From positions 1 to 57,864 of the forward strand of contig NIVC01004150.1 in assembly GCA_002269645.1 (NCBI GenBank): a DNA stretch of 57,864 nucleotides, read 5' to 3'. Below are positions 44,547 to 57,864 of this stretch, in pieces. The notes beneath the pieces are model-generated. The model did no database searches and was not told the DNA's origin. It saw only the letters and a list, made by a program, of their open reading frames with translations. Source of the DNA: Macrostomum lignano (lineage: Eukaryota). Numbering within the stretch: position 1 is the first letter of the stretch; each line of letters starts with the position of its first letter. The translations under genes were made by a program, and so were the position numbers.

Positions 44547-45806
44547 GCATTTTCAAGTTGCTTTGCTAGTGATTTCTGACTTGTTTCGGCTGACGTTTTC
44601 TCATCGTTATCAGTTCACCGCTTTGTTTGCTGTCTTTCAAACGTGCGTATCATTGAGGGAAATATTTCACCGATTTTTCCTTCTGGACCATTTTTAACCT
44701 TTCCTTTGGAATAATTCCAAAGTGGCTTAATGTTGCAGAAATTCCTGCACTCTGTTGATAGGAAATTGAAATTGGGTTTGCTTTTTCAGAAAAAAATTCT
44801 TCGGTGGCGTGATTTGATAGCGTCACGCGTTGACACATGCGATTCTGACACTTACCGCGTCAGGGCAAATCTTATATGGTTTCTATTTTTAACTTTTTAA
44901 TACGTGCTCTACAGGTTTAGAGTTAGAAGTTACGTTGAAGACTGAGATGCGCATTAGTTTCATTGATGAATGATGATGGCTCTCAAGGCTCGTTTACGCT
45001 GCCATCAAAGACAAAATTTTTTGTTATCACAAATCTTGTATATGCACAAAAATTTTCGTAGCTGTGTACTATTAATTTTTTATTTGAAGGCTGTGAACAA
45101 GCCTTGAATTCTGAACGGACTGGGCAGTATTTTTTGTGAGATAATTTCATCGCATCGCAGTCATAGTCGAAAAACTTCTTTACCCAATTCTGCCAAGGTT
45201 GTTCGGATCAGCTAGAAAGTATATGGCGCCCATATTGATGGCTTGCTATGCGGCTGGGGAAGGAAAGATTCGGTGGGTCTGGTCTATTTTCCAAATTAGG
45301 AAAGCCCCCTTTCAAATCGATCCACGGCAAACCTTCCCGTTCTTTCGCTCCACTCTTCTTTCTCCCCTCAAACCTATCGTCATCTGCGCCGCCATCCCCG
45401 GCTCCACAGACAGTTTGCCTCTGGCATTTATGCCCGCGCTCGGCGCCCCGACCCCGACAGACCGCGCTTGCACACGCTCGGCGAGGTCCAAATTTCGTCT
45501 AGAGCGCGGCGGCAGGCAGGCAAAGCTAGGGGCCATTCAGGCCGAGTTCTTCTTCTCGGCTGCGGACCTGCTGGCAGCAGACGGACGAGCAGAACCCTAG
45601 CAAAGCGCGAAGAGCAAATCTCGGATCGGCTTCCTCGAAGGAGAGGAAATCTTTTTTTCTTTATCGCTTCGAACTATTCACCTTTCTTTTCTCCTTTCCT
45701 TCATTAGTATTGTTAGTTACGCTTGCCCCTGTTTATTAGCCTAGAGCGACCACACAGCAATTCTGAGCAACCTAGAGACGCACACGATAACAAATACAAA
45801 AAGATC

Positions 45807-48800
45807 ATGTCGGACCACAGTTCAGCTTCGTCGGACTTTTCGGAGACTCATCCTTCCACCACAACCATCAGCACCGTTGCTGTGCAGGCTGGTCCTGCCA
45901 GAATTGTGCTGGCTGTATTGCGGGTAGGTCTTTCCCACTGAAACATGCTTAGTTCTTTGCCCAGGAATCAACTGTGATTGTCGTGTATTAGCCTGTAGAA
46001 CGAATTGGATACATAAGAGTTACACAGTTTCTACTAGAAAGACACCCAGGCTTATTGACAAGTTTGTCTTGCCGGCATTCTTATCAGGGTGCGCTTGTAG
46101 CTTCACACACTGGCTAGGGGGGGGGGGACGGACCTAGCGACACATGCGAGGGATTCGCGTTTGAAAAGGGGAGCTCAAAATAGAGTAGAATACCGGCTTG
46201 TACGAGTATTGGCATGGTTGTATGCGCATTTGAAAACTTCGAGAACAGATAACCAAATCGATGAAATTTGCAATGTATTTTATCTTAGTGCGGAGAATGG
46301 ATCAGAGTTCGTATTCAGCAAATGGACCCGGACCTGTACGACATCGGCGCCAGTTTAGAGGAGGCCATGGAGATGCAGAGAGTTCACGAACAGCTGCGCA
46401 ACAAACTGCAGGTAGTTAAAGTGTTCGATTATTCAAACAATTTTGCGAGTATTAGGACTCAGAACCAAGACTGCACAGACTACCTAGAAATTTTTTCACA
46501 AATTTTAGGCAAAGCAGTCGCAAATCTCAGAGCTTCTGGCCCGAGCAGACGATCTCGTGGCTCAACAGCGCACCCGCACGGAAGTTTACGAAGCCATGGC
46601 CCAGTCGCTGGGTAAAGCCTGGCAAGATCTTCAAAGCATCATGGAGCGACGCAGCGACTTGCTAGCCCATGCCGTGTTATTCTTCACGCACGTCAGCCAG
46701 TATTCGAATCAATTCGACCTAATCACCGATCTATGTCGACACTTCGACGCACCGCACGACGGACAGACAGTGGAGCGTCTGCTCCATGAGCATCACGAAA
46801 TGAAGCAGAAGCTGTTGGAGCAGTCCAAAGTTACACTGGAAGTTGGACACCAGCTGCTAGATCATTTGAGGAGGCTGAGCTGTGCCACCCAGTCTGAGCA
46901 GCGGCAATCTGTTCTGACGGCCTGTAATCGCGTGGAGCGAATTCTCGAGAGCCTGACAGAGCGACGGCGTGGCCTTGACGAGCTGTGGCGCGGTCGAAAG
47001 CACCGGCTAGAAGAGGCCACCAGGCTGACTTCTCTCGACGATGAACTTCAGCGGCTGCTGAGATCGCTTGCCAGAGGCGATTACCTGGTCTCAAATTGCG
47101 AGATCGGTCGGAGCCTTCAGGAGTCTGAGATGCTGATGAAAGAAGTTCTGGCGTTCGGCAACGAGGCGGGCGATGTTCAAGACGCTCTGCTCCGATTGTG
47201 CCGTTCCGCAACGTCTCTCATGGAGCCGGGAGGCTTTGCGGACACGGACTCAATCAGACGGAGGCTTGAGAAGGCCGACCGCGTAGCAGAAGAGTTCATC
47301 CAGCGTTTGGAGACGCGAAGGCGACTGCTAAATATGGCCGTAATTTTCTACAGCGAAGTTGAAGTGCTATTTCAGCGAGCCCGTCGACTTGACATTGCGC
47401 CAAATGAGTCACTTCACGAGGTTGAAGCCAGGCTGCCTGGGCTTCGCACTACCGGACAGGCATTGCTGGCCAAGCTTGAGCCGGACAGTCACTCTGCGCA
47501 TGCGGTCAGGTCGAAGCTGAAGGAAGCTGAAGACTTCCTAGACAAGTGCTACCAGCTCGTGCGCCGTCATGAACAAGAAGATGAGAAGCGGACTTGCACT
47601 AGTCGGCTGGAGATTCTGAACACTTGGATGGTTGAGATTGTCTTCCGTCGGCTGCGCGAGGGCAACGATCCAGGAACTACGGTGGCCTCAGTGCAGAACT
47701 TCATCGATGCGCACCAGCATCTGCTAGAGGAGCTATCAAGACGCGAGGGCGAATTTCATCAGGTTGAAATTCTAATTGAACCGCTACACGATAAGCGCGC
47801 ATTCCTTCGGCGCCTGCAGGAGCTGCGCCAGAAACTGGGCCATGCTAAGACCATCTGCCACTTCCGCCTGGACGTTGGTCATCGCTTGCTGGCCCTACTC
47901 AGACAAGCGCAGCAGGACGAGCTCAGTATCCAGGTGTTCCTGAGTGGCCTTGACGAGGCCAGAACCCGGGCTGACCTGCTGACAGACTACTGGTTTACGG
48001 ACTCTGCGAGACAGCAGAATATGCTTGTTAGCCAGCTGTACGATCAGCAAGCGAGCATCAGGGAGATTCTAAAGAAGGTATGACTGATTTGCGTAGATTT
48101 TTATCCAATAATCCAATGATCAAGACTGTTAATAACGGAATTTATATGATTTTCCCGTCAGATTTCTGCCAGTCGCACGGCTGAAGACGACGACTTCTCG
48201 GCTGGGCCGCTCAGCCGCTACCTGGAGTCGCAGCTGGCGCGCATCGATGCTCACCTATCGGCCCTGCACGAGCAGTGGAACTCGGCGCAGCGCCTACGCG
48301 AAGAGGTCGGCATCTATAAGCAGCAGCTGCGCGAGTTCAACAGCGACGCCCGACGAGCCGAGGATATGATGCGCGACGCTGAGGCTAAGTTTACGTCTAC
48401 TGTGCACTTTCGGTGAGCACATTTTTTGTTGCTGACATAAGTTTCTAACCCTACAAGGGAGAGACGTCTAGATACTTAAAGACTCGAGTTGAAATATATT
48501 GGGGATCAAAGCTCATTTGAAGCTAAAGAACCGTTGCATTCCATGCTCCATGCTCATTACATTTATTGAATAGTTCAAGCCCCAAAACGGGCCTGTCAAA
48601 AAAGGCCTTCTGCTACTGTTTATTTGTATGCTATTAACTTTATCATTAATTTATTGCACTTCATATTAGTATTATGAAAATTTTGCTAGCCGCTTATCTC
48701 TGCAACAATTCTCAAGAAATATCTTTCCACCCTCCAATGCAGTGACTTTCTCGACTTCGACCAGTTTCTAGCCGAGCACAATCGCTCTCGCGACGTAGTC

Positions 48801-51800
48801 AATCAATTCGTCAATTTGACCCTGACCAAGGGTCGCGACCTGCTGCACATGCTGTCAACACGAAGCGAAGACAGCGGCGCAGCCAAGGAGACTCGCAGCG
48901 CTCTCAGCTCGCTTCAGGCGGCCAAAGAGCAATGGGATCGCGTGTGGCAGACGTCTCTAAGTCGAGCGCAGGATCAGCTGAGGTCCACGGAAGCGTTGGG
49001 GCAAATAGAAGTGAGTGCAGAAATGTGAACAACTGATGCTTCACTAAATATGCATTGATTTTAGTGCAATAATAATTTGTTTCGAAAGTCTCTGCTGAGC
49101 ATCGACACACCAGAATGAATAAAACCGTAGGCACAGAAGGATTGCTGCGTATCAGAGGGCTTCACATTGATGGGAGTTTTGCCTTTAGAATTCTTGGCAC
49201 GGCTCCAGTTGCGTAAACAGACAGTCAGATTTTCTTCTGCGTCAAACTGTTCCTAATCTTTTTTCTAGCTATTTCTGGCGCCAGTGACTGGTTGCTGCTG
49301 GTAAAGATGGCGCAAACCACCGCACAAATTTGGACTCTCCCGTGACTGCATCGGGACATACGTATATTCAGCGGTTCAGCATTTTCCTCTCCCCGCACCT
49401 AGACAGGCAGCCCTCCATCACAATCGTTAGTCACGCCGAGGCAGGCAGCAGCAGGGCATCCTTCCCCCCCTCTGCTAGAAGCCCTGCTGTCGGACTTCGA
49501 TCGATAACCTCGAACCTTTGCTAAGCTGAACATCGCGGCATAGGCATTTTCCTAGTTCAAGGGATAGGGGCAGATAAGGCGATCGGGCTAGCAGGGGAGT
49601 GTAGTTCCGCATCTCCCAGTTTCCAGAAAATTCCATTCCACCAGCGCAAGGAATTTTCCTTGTACAAGCCAGTGCAAGCGAACCGACGCTATATTCGTCG
49701 AAGGCGGTTTTTTGCGTTTTAGTCAAAACAGAACTTAGCTGGAAGCGAATCGATGTAGACGGAGAGGAAGGAACAAATGGTGGCTCGGACCTTTCCACTG
49801 CTTCAAGCGATGGATCCATTAATAATCCTTCCGGGGGGCCGCTTGGGCCTGGTCTATGCAGCTACACGAAGCGAGATATGCGCAAAAAAGCTGGCGTAAT
49901 TTTCAATGCCATCCTATAGCAGATGTTTCGCTGAAATGCGGCATAGTCACGTTTTGTTCTATAAAGGTGCGATAGTCCAATGAAGCGGAAGCTGCAGTTC
50001 GGCTGACTAAAAGCTGCGAAAGAGTGGGGGGTACACAGGCACACAAGGGCTGGACACTGACTAAATTCTATTGGGACTACTGGTACGCGCTGGATGGGTC
50101 CGAGTTTAAATAGCATAGTAGACACCGCCGAAAAAAGAGAAATAGTATGGAATGGATGAATGACAATGGGCGGCGGAGGCGAGCACAATTAAGTGAGTTG
50201 TGCAGATAATTATTAACTCAGGACTGTGCTTGGCTGGTCAGTAGCGCACATTCTCTCTAGCTCATTCTCTTTCCATCTCTTTCCTCTGTTCTTCGAGTCT
50301 TCTTTAGTCAAAGTGTTTCAATGGACTAACATGTACAGTAAAGTGGCCATGCCTGAGCTGACCTGAGCACCTGCTCATGTGGTACTCATCGTACGAGTAC
50401 TCAGCGTAGACAAGCAGTTATTTCGGCTTTTTAGAAAGCCGTAAGAATTTTTTTATAAAAAACGTCAAGTCAACATGCAATCGTCATCGGGGCCCAATTT
50501 TCAGTACGTTGAGCGAGAAGTCGATCAGGCAGTGCTGGAGCTTCGCCGAGCCCGCGACGCCATGCAGACGGAGCCATCGGAGAAAACACGAGACAGCCTG
50601 CAACTGCTAGAGAACCGAGTACCGGTACGGTTGCTGATCTACGCCTAGAGTTATGTAGAACAGAACAGAACAGAACAGAACAGAACAGAACAGAACAGAA
50701 CAGAACAGAACAGAACAGAACAGAACAGAACAGAACAGAACAGAACAGAACAGAAAAGAACAGAACAGAACAGAACAGAACAGAACAGAACAGAACAGAA
50801 CAGAACAGAACAGAACAGAACAGAACAGAACAGAACAGAACAGAACAGAACAGAACAGAACAGAACAGAACAGAACAGAACAGAACAGAACAGAGCAGAG
50901 CAGAACAGAACAGAGCAGAACAGAACACAACCGACCAGATCATGGTTTCAATGGTCTCAATTCCATGGTGTCAGTTGAATTTCTAATAAATTTTCGGACT
51001 TTTAGCAAAACTAACGAAAATTGTGAATTGCAGTATCTAAAAGATCAAGTCCGAGCATCCACTGAGCGTTCGGAGAGCCAGGTGACCATGGAGCGGGCCA
51101 ATCAGTTAAAGAAAAAGTGGAGCCACTTTCTCATTGACTTGCAAGAGTTCCGCACCCAAGTCGATCTCAATCTCAGCTTCCGCGACTCGTCGAAAAAGGT
51201 TGAGACGCACATCAGTGAGCTTTGGTTCTTCCTGAAAAGTAAGCGTCAGCAGCTGGATCAGTCTCAAGATCCGATTGTTTTCGATCGTATTGAGAAGGAG
51301 CTGCAGGACCGGCTGAATACGGTGCCGCAGGAAATCGATCAGGAACTGAGAAACCTTAGCGAGTTGTCTTTCCAGCTGTATGGCTCCGCTGGACCGCAGC
51401 GGGTGCATCCGCTCACTGTGAAGGCCCAGGACTCTATCGGTGCGCTCAAGTCGCTGGATGACGAGTGCGTACAGAAGAACGAACACAGGCGCCAGTCGCA
51501 GGGTCCGCTTCAGGCGCCGGTCATCACTCAGCCGCTGCGCAACATCCAAGTAGAGGAGGGCTGCCCAGTTACACTCGAGGTGGCCTACAAGGAAGATTCT
51601 CGCTGCCAGACCGCCAGTCCGCAGTGGTTCAAAGATGGTATCACAGTTGACAGTCCTGACTACAAGACGCGCGCCTATCCGGGCCACGCCACCCTCACCA
51701 TTGACGAGACATTTGCTGATGACTCAGCCAAGTACACGTGCAAGGTGAGCAACCCCGCTGGCGCAGATGAAACTAGTGCCTACCTCAGCGTAGTCGAGAC

Positions 51801-54800
51801 GCACCGAACTTTGGAACCGCCGGACTTTACCAAGCAACTTCGATCTGTGGATGTTCTTGAGGGAGAACCGCTAACGCTTGAGTGTCACGTGATTGGCGAG
51901 CCGTTTCCAAAGGTTCGCTGGTTTCGGAACGACATCAACCTGGACGCGTCGCCGGAGTACGTCATTACGCTAATTAACGGAGTATGCACGTTAAAGGCGC
52001 GCAGCATGCAGACAATACACGCGGGCCGGTATCTGTGCAAAGCAACGTCATCTGCTGGATCTGCATCTACAACTTGTCTAGTTGGCATCAAACAACTTCA
52101 ACGCCCTGTCATCCTGCAGCAACTTCCGTCAACTGCCGTCGATGTTGGAGTTCCAGTGCGTTTGGAGACCAAGTTTGAGGCGATGCCGCCGCCTGAAGTA
52201 TCTTGGCTGAAAGACGGTGTCCCAGTGTTTGACTCGCCGGGTCGCAAAATCAATATCGGAGCCAACGCAACCAGCCTATCGATAGACCGTGCCGAGCCCA
52301 GAGACCAGGGTCGCTATTCAGTGTCCGTGAGGAATCCGGCCGGACAGGCCCAAACTAGCGGCACTCTAAACGTCAGCGGACCCGAAGATCTCCACCGGCC
52401 AAGCCAGATGAAGAGACAGGCCCAGCCTCAGCTGGACGATTGGCAGCAGCCAAAGCTTGCGAAAAAGCAAAACTCTAAACCAGTATTTGTATCGCCTCTA
52501 AAGGATGTTACAGTGCCAGAAGGAGCGCCCGTGCGCCTTGATTGCTCCGTCACTGGTGTTCCTGATCCTTCTGTTGAGTGGTTTAAATCAGGCCGCTCTA
52601 TAATGGAATCATCTGACTATAAATTTTCTATTGAAGGCGACAAGGTGGTCTTGACAATACCGGAGGCCTTTTCAAATGACACGGCCGAGTACATGATCCG
52701 CGCGTTCAACGATTTCGGCTCCGCTGAGAGTCGCTGCAAAGTGAGGGTTCTGCCACCGATCACAAACGAATCAGCGCCCGTCGACGAATCTGTGGCGCCG
52801 ACAAGAGCGAAAAAGCCGCAGCGAGAGCTCCGCATGCCACGAGATGAAGGCGCACCACCCGAATTTGTTCGCAAGCTGGCCGGTCAAAACTGCAGCGAGG
52901 GCGAGCCCTTAGAGATGTCAGTGCAAATCACGGGAAGTCCAGTGCCACAGGTGGTTTGGTTCAAGGATGGCAAGAAAATCGAACCATCGCCGGACTTCAT
53001 TCTCGGAAACGACGGTGAGACAAGCTTCATGAAAATACCGGAAGTCTTTCAAGAGGACTCTGGTCGCTACGAAGTCGTCGCCACTAATCCGCACGGCACA
53101 GCTAAGTCTGGCGCAAACCTGCGCGTCAGACCGTTGTCAACTGAGGGAATTAAGATCTCTCCGCAGATGTACGTGAATCAGTCGGCCCAGCAACCACCAG
53201 AATTTACTAAACTGTTCCGCGATCAGACGGCTAAAACATCAGAACCAATCACCATCTCATGCGAAGTAACCGGCATTCCGGAGCCCATTGTCCGCTGGAC
53301 ATTCAACGGTCAGCCAGTTAAGCCAAGCCAAGCACGCATAACAGTGCAGGGCAATAAGCATAGCCTGAGCATTCCCTCTATCGATAGCAGCCACGCCGGC
53401 AGGTACGCAGCCACAGCGGAAAATCCTCACGGTCGAGCCACCTGTGCCGCGCTGCTTGTAGTGGAGGATGCAAAGGAAAATCGTTACTTTCCAAGGACTA
53501 CCTACGAGACTGCCACCCACGTGATTAGCAAAAAGTATTCAGCTTCAGCGGAACACCTGCAGCAGATGCGAGTTGTGCCCGCGATTCCATGGCGACCGGC
53601 CAGTCCAAGGTAAATCAAAGGGTATTTTACAACTTTTACATTTAACTGCCCTTAAATGTTTAATTATTTTAACATTTTATTCACATACATCCGCTCGATT
53701 CCGCAGGTCGCATTCATCCTACTACAAGACAGAACTGACTGGAAGCACTTTTGCTCCCGTCGACCTGACATTCAGCATGCCGATTCCGCCTGAGTTTATC
53801 CAGCCAATCAAGTCTGTGACTGCTAAAGAAGGGGCGAGGGTTGAATTCGACGGATTCCTAGTTGGCAAGCCGGAGCCCACTGTTCGATGGTTCCGCGGTG
53901 GCCGAGAGTTGCACGACAGTCCCGACTTTGAAATCAAGTTCAAGGACGGTCGGGTTACCCTATCAATACCAGAAGCATTCCCGGAAGATCAGGGAACCTA
54001 CACCTGCGAGGCGTCGAACAAGGGAGGGCAGACGTCTTCTTCGGCTGAACTAGTCATTCGCGCCAGGACTCTCGCTCCTGTTTTCCTAAAAGGACTCGAG
54101 AGCCAGCAGGTTTTCGAGGGCCAACCTGTTCACTTCGTTGTGAAGGTCGGGGGTGACGATTCAACACGAGTGTCTTGGTACCGAGACGGCAGCAAAATTG
54201 AGAGTTCACCAGACTTCACAATCGAGCAGATAGGCGACCTTCACACGCTGAAGATTCCGGAGTGCTTCACTGAAGACAGCGGCCGTTACACAGTGACGGC
54301 AACTAATGAAAGCGGAGAGGTTGTGTCATCGGCCACTCTCACTGTTAAGGAAGTGACGGGAACTGCCGAGGGACCTCCCGTAACAAAGCGAAAGAAAACT
54401 ACCGGACTAGAATACCAGTATCAAACCGACCATCCACAGTATCCTGTCGCACCAAAGGTGGCCGAGGAGTCTGTTTCGATAGCCACTATCCAACCAGCAG
54501 CTCAGCGACCCCAACAGCTGCCACCGAGATTCACGCAACGTCTTATGCCGGCCTATTCGGCTAATGAGGGTGACAAGCTTACCCTTAATGTTCAATTCGA
54601 GGGCAAGCCTGCACCATCTGTGAGTTGGTTCAAGAATGGAGCTGCAATTTTAGAATCATCTGACTACACCGTTGTTACCAGCGAGTTCGAATCTCGACTA
54701 ACAATTCCGGAAGTCTTCCCCGAAGACTCGGGCAGCTATGCGTGCTCAGTTGAAAACCCTGCTGGCAGCGATGCTTGCGAGTCTAGCTTAGCTGTTCAGC

Positions 54801-57800
54801 CAAAGCCGCCTTCACAGGAGCCGCCGACTTTTGTGCGACCTCTTCGTCCAGCGCACCTGCATACTGGAGAGCGGGCAAATTTCCAGGTAGAATTTACTGG
54901 CAAGCCAAGACCAAGCGTCGAGTGGTACCTTAGCGGCCGTCAGTTACACAACTCCCCGGCCTGTCAAATTGGCGTTGTTGGACAGAAATCGACACTTGAG
55001 ATACCCAGAATCGACGAGTCATTTGCTGGGTTGCTGGAGTGCATTTTGCATAATCCGGCGGGTTCACGGTCTACTGAAGCCCCAATCACCGTTGAGCCCT
55101 CAGAGATTCCAGCTAAGTTTACACAGCGCCTGGCTCCTGAATACAGCAAGCTAGAAGGTGACAGCCTGCGCATGACAGTTCGCTTTACTGGCGATCCAGC
55201 ACCTTCGATTTCCTGGTTCAAGGATGGCCAGCCCCTGGAGAGCTCACCGGACATTCAGGTGCAAATTGGCCGGGAGAGTCGAGCATTTTCATTCCCGAAG
55301 CTTTCGCCGAGGATTCTGGAGAGTTCTCCTGCACAGTGGAGAACTCCACTGGACGGGAGACTTGCGTGGCCGAGCTGAACGTGCTCGATGCGGCCAGGCC
55401 AGACGAGACTGCACCCGCTGAGGAGCAGCCCAGGTTCACTAAGAAGCTTTTCCCGATCAGTGTAGACGAAGGCCAAAGAGCTGTCTTCGAGGTTACAGTC
55501 GCGGGCAATCCGGCACCAACTGTCGCCTGGTACAAGGATGGAGTCCGCGTCAGCAGTTCAAGCGACGCCGATGGTCGACGCATTCAAGTTAGTCAAACAG
55601 GCGGCACTGCTACCCTAGTCATCAGCTCGGCTGTGGAGTCAGATAGCGGCGTAGTTGCCTGCGTAGCTGAGAATCCTCTTGGCCGGGAGACTACCGATGT
55701 ATCGCTGCGTGTAAACCCTGCAATGCGCCCACCGAGATTCCTTGGCGGCCTCGAGCCTCAACTGTCCGCCAACACCGGCGAGGACGTTGTTCTTAGCGTT
55801 CGCTTCGACGGCCGGCCAGTGCCGCGCGTTACCTGGCTGCGAAATGGTGCACCGATTCCGGAAGGCCCACACGCTCGCATGGAGGAGTTCGGCAATCAAG
55901 CGACAATCATGCTGACTGCATGCCAGCCTGAGCAGAGCGGTCTCATTGCCTGCGTTCTGCACAATCCTGCCGGTACCGAACGCTGCGAGTCCCTTCTAAC
56001 TGTTAAACCTAAGCAGGTGGTTCCGACTTTCAAGCGGCGTCTGCAGCCAGTCAGCGTCAAGGAGGGCGAAAAAGCCATTTTTATCGTAGAGGTCGCGGGC
56101 GAGCCAAAACCTGAAGTGCTTTGGAAGCGCGAGAACCTGCCGATAGAAAGCTCTACAGATTTTCAAATAGCCGCTGTTGGCACTGTGCACTCGCTGACTA
56201 TACCGGAGTGCTTCCCAGAGGACGCTGGACTGTTTGCCTGCCAAATCAAGAATGCCGCGGGATCCGACTCCTGCACTGCGCATCTAACTGTCGAACCAAA
56301 ACGTATGTATCAGATGTTTATTGTTTTTCTGTCATTCACTGTAACACTCTACAGTAATGCATCTAGTTTTTGCTATCTCTCAAATTACTTCAGCCGAGAT
56401 GAAACAACAGAAGCCGCAACTGCTGAAGCCTCCGCGGAATGTCACTGTCGACGAAGGCCAACCGGCAGCTTTCGTTGCGAGTTCAGCGGCACGCCAGAGC
56501 CGCAGGCCGTCTGGCTTCGAGAGGGCGCGCCAATTGAGGCGTCGCCAGATTTTTTATTGAAGCGCCTCGACCCGGCTGCAGCGTGTTGCGCATCCCAGAG
56601 TGCTTCTCTGAAGACGCCGGAGCCTTCCAGCTGGCCCTGCAGAATAGCGAGGGCCGAACAGTGTGCGATGTGACGCTTACCGTACTAGCCAAAGGTGAGA
56701 CTTTAGCTGTCAAAGCGTGGAATTTTTCGGCTTTTGTGTGTCTTAAATAGTATCCTGAATATACCCCCGCTTCTCCTTGCCGTCCACGATTTGCAGCTCC
56801 AACACCACCGCCGGCGCCGCCTCCACCACCGCCACCGCCGCAGCAGCCGATTCTGCCAGCCGCGCGGCTAAGCCGCAGTTCGAGCGACCCGCCCGCAATG
56901 CGTGCTTGATGGAAGGCCAGCCGACGCAGCTGGACGCCCGCGTCTTCGGCGCGGCCGGCGCCGAGTGTGCGCTGGTTGAAGAACGGTCACCCGGTGCGTG
57001 ACAGCTCCCGAGTTCAGAGCAGCTACAATGCTGACACTGGGGAAGCCGTAATCTACATCTCAATGTGCCTGCCGGAGGATGCTGGAACCTACGCCTGTCA
57101 GGCAATCAATCCCGCCGGCACTGAATCTTGCACCGCCCAGCTGCTGGAGCCCGCCTCCTATCATGCCTGGCTGCAGACCGAGCAGGCGCGACAGGCCAAG
57201 GAGGCGGAAGTGGCCCAGAAGAGGTCGCTAGTGAGTGAACTTGAGTCCAGGTTTACTGCGCCACCAGCGGCCAGGCGCCGCTCCAGCCAGGCGAGCGCTG
57301 ACGAGCCCGACACAGGCGCCGTGTCTGCGCCGTTCAATCTGAGCAGCTTCGAGCGCTCCCTGCTGTCCGGGCCAGCTTGGACCGATGATCAAGATCAGCA
57401 ACTGCGACCTTCGGCTCGAATGGTGAAGCCAACATTTGTTGAACGCTTGCTAGACGCGGCGCGCTGAAGGAGAACACTGAGACTGTGTTCTACTGCCGAG
57501 TTTGGGGCGACCCGATGCCCCGGGTCAAGTGGTTCTGGAACGGCAAGGTTGTCAAACGCAACGAGCACGTCTGGTTTGGCCTAGACGAATACGGTATTGC
57601 TCAGCTGCGCATCCAGAGCACAAGACATCAAGACCGCGGCTTCTACACCGCCTGCGCCTACAATCCCGTCGGCAGAGACGTCAGCTCCGCTCAATTGTCC
57701 GTCGAGACCACTGGCGAGATCGTTTTGGATAGCTATGTCAGCGAAGATACGCTGAAGGAACTGGCCGCCTTCGCCGAGAAAAGAAGAAGGACTATGGAGA

Positions 57801-57864
57801 GTCTGGCATTGACGAAAAGCTCTACCGGCCGCACTTCAAGTCGGTCCCCTCCGACTGCGAAGCC
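45807..57864 (+). CDS. Zormin/sallimus (titin-family)-like giant muscle protein, 3'-partial: CCDC141-like N-terminus, spectrin-like repeats and 17 I-set Ig domains. Exons 45807-45923, 46289-46411, 46509-48077, 48162-48412, 48743-49010, 50505-50624, 51034-53609, 53707-56302, 56394-56694, 56797->end
   Basis: TTTISTVAVQAGPARIVLAVLR|CGEWIRVRIQQMDPDLYDIGAS..VYEAMAQSLGKAW matches the CCDC141/zormin N-terminus as recalled. Ig repeats carry W(F/Y)KDG, SPDF/SSDY, IPE.F.EDSG.Y.C.A.N..G. All junctions are GT-AG with consistent phase. Apparent 1-bp indels at about 55272 and several in 56470-57500. Confidence 0.88.
50657..50927. repeat. (AGAAC)n pentanucleotide microsatellite, about 54 copies, in an intron of the Ig-repeat gene
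   Basis: Direct reading; it explains the CSVLF ORFs. Confidence 0.98.

Noticed and set aside
50470-50943. CSVLF-repeat membrane-like ORFs
   Set aside because: Translation of the (AGAAC)n microsatellite.
55265-57500. Multiple frameshifts or apparent truncation in the Ig-repeat gene
   Set aside because: These are 1-bp indels, mostly at short base runs, with intact Ig motifs resuming in the next frame and density rising toward the window end. This is an assembly-quality effect.

Overview
This is a eukaryotic (animal) genomic window with GT-AG introns, GC-rich exons and abundant intronic minisatellites. It most resembles a free-living flatworm such as Macrostomum, though that assignment is inference. 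From 1 to 19.3 kb, five tightly packed minus-strand genes run GALNT2 > Hakai/CBLL1 > an unrecognised Zn-finger/coiled-coil gene > ARL1 > PSPH (partial). They are separated by unrelated minisatellite arrays, and ARL1 and Hakai have splice acceptors 5-10 nt before their ATGs, suggesting an operon or trans-splicing. The standout is a pair of intronless paralogues at 26.6-29.8 kb and 42.2-44.5 kb. Each encodes a secreted polyprotein: a signal peptide followed by 17 or 12 tandem ~60-aa Cys-free amphipathic helical units. Each unit is joined to the next by a single basic residue plus an even-length spacer ending in X-Ala or X-Pro. The units align by eye with amoebapore/saposin helices, with Cys replaced by Leu. 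Between the paralogues lie an atypical peroxiredoxin lacking the resolving-Cys motif and a patchwork of MITEs, SINEs, and LINE and mariner relics. From 45.8 kb to the end is a plus-strand zormin/CCDC141-like spectrin-repeat plus poly-Ig muscle protein gene (partial). Several 1-bp frameshifts in conserved genes, mostly at short base runs, look like long-read assembly errors.
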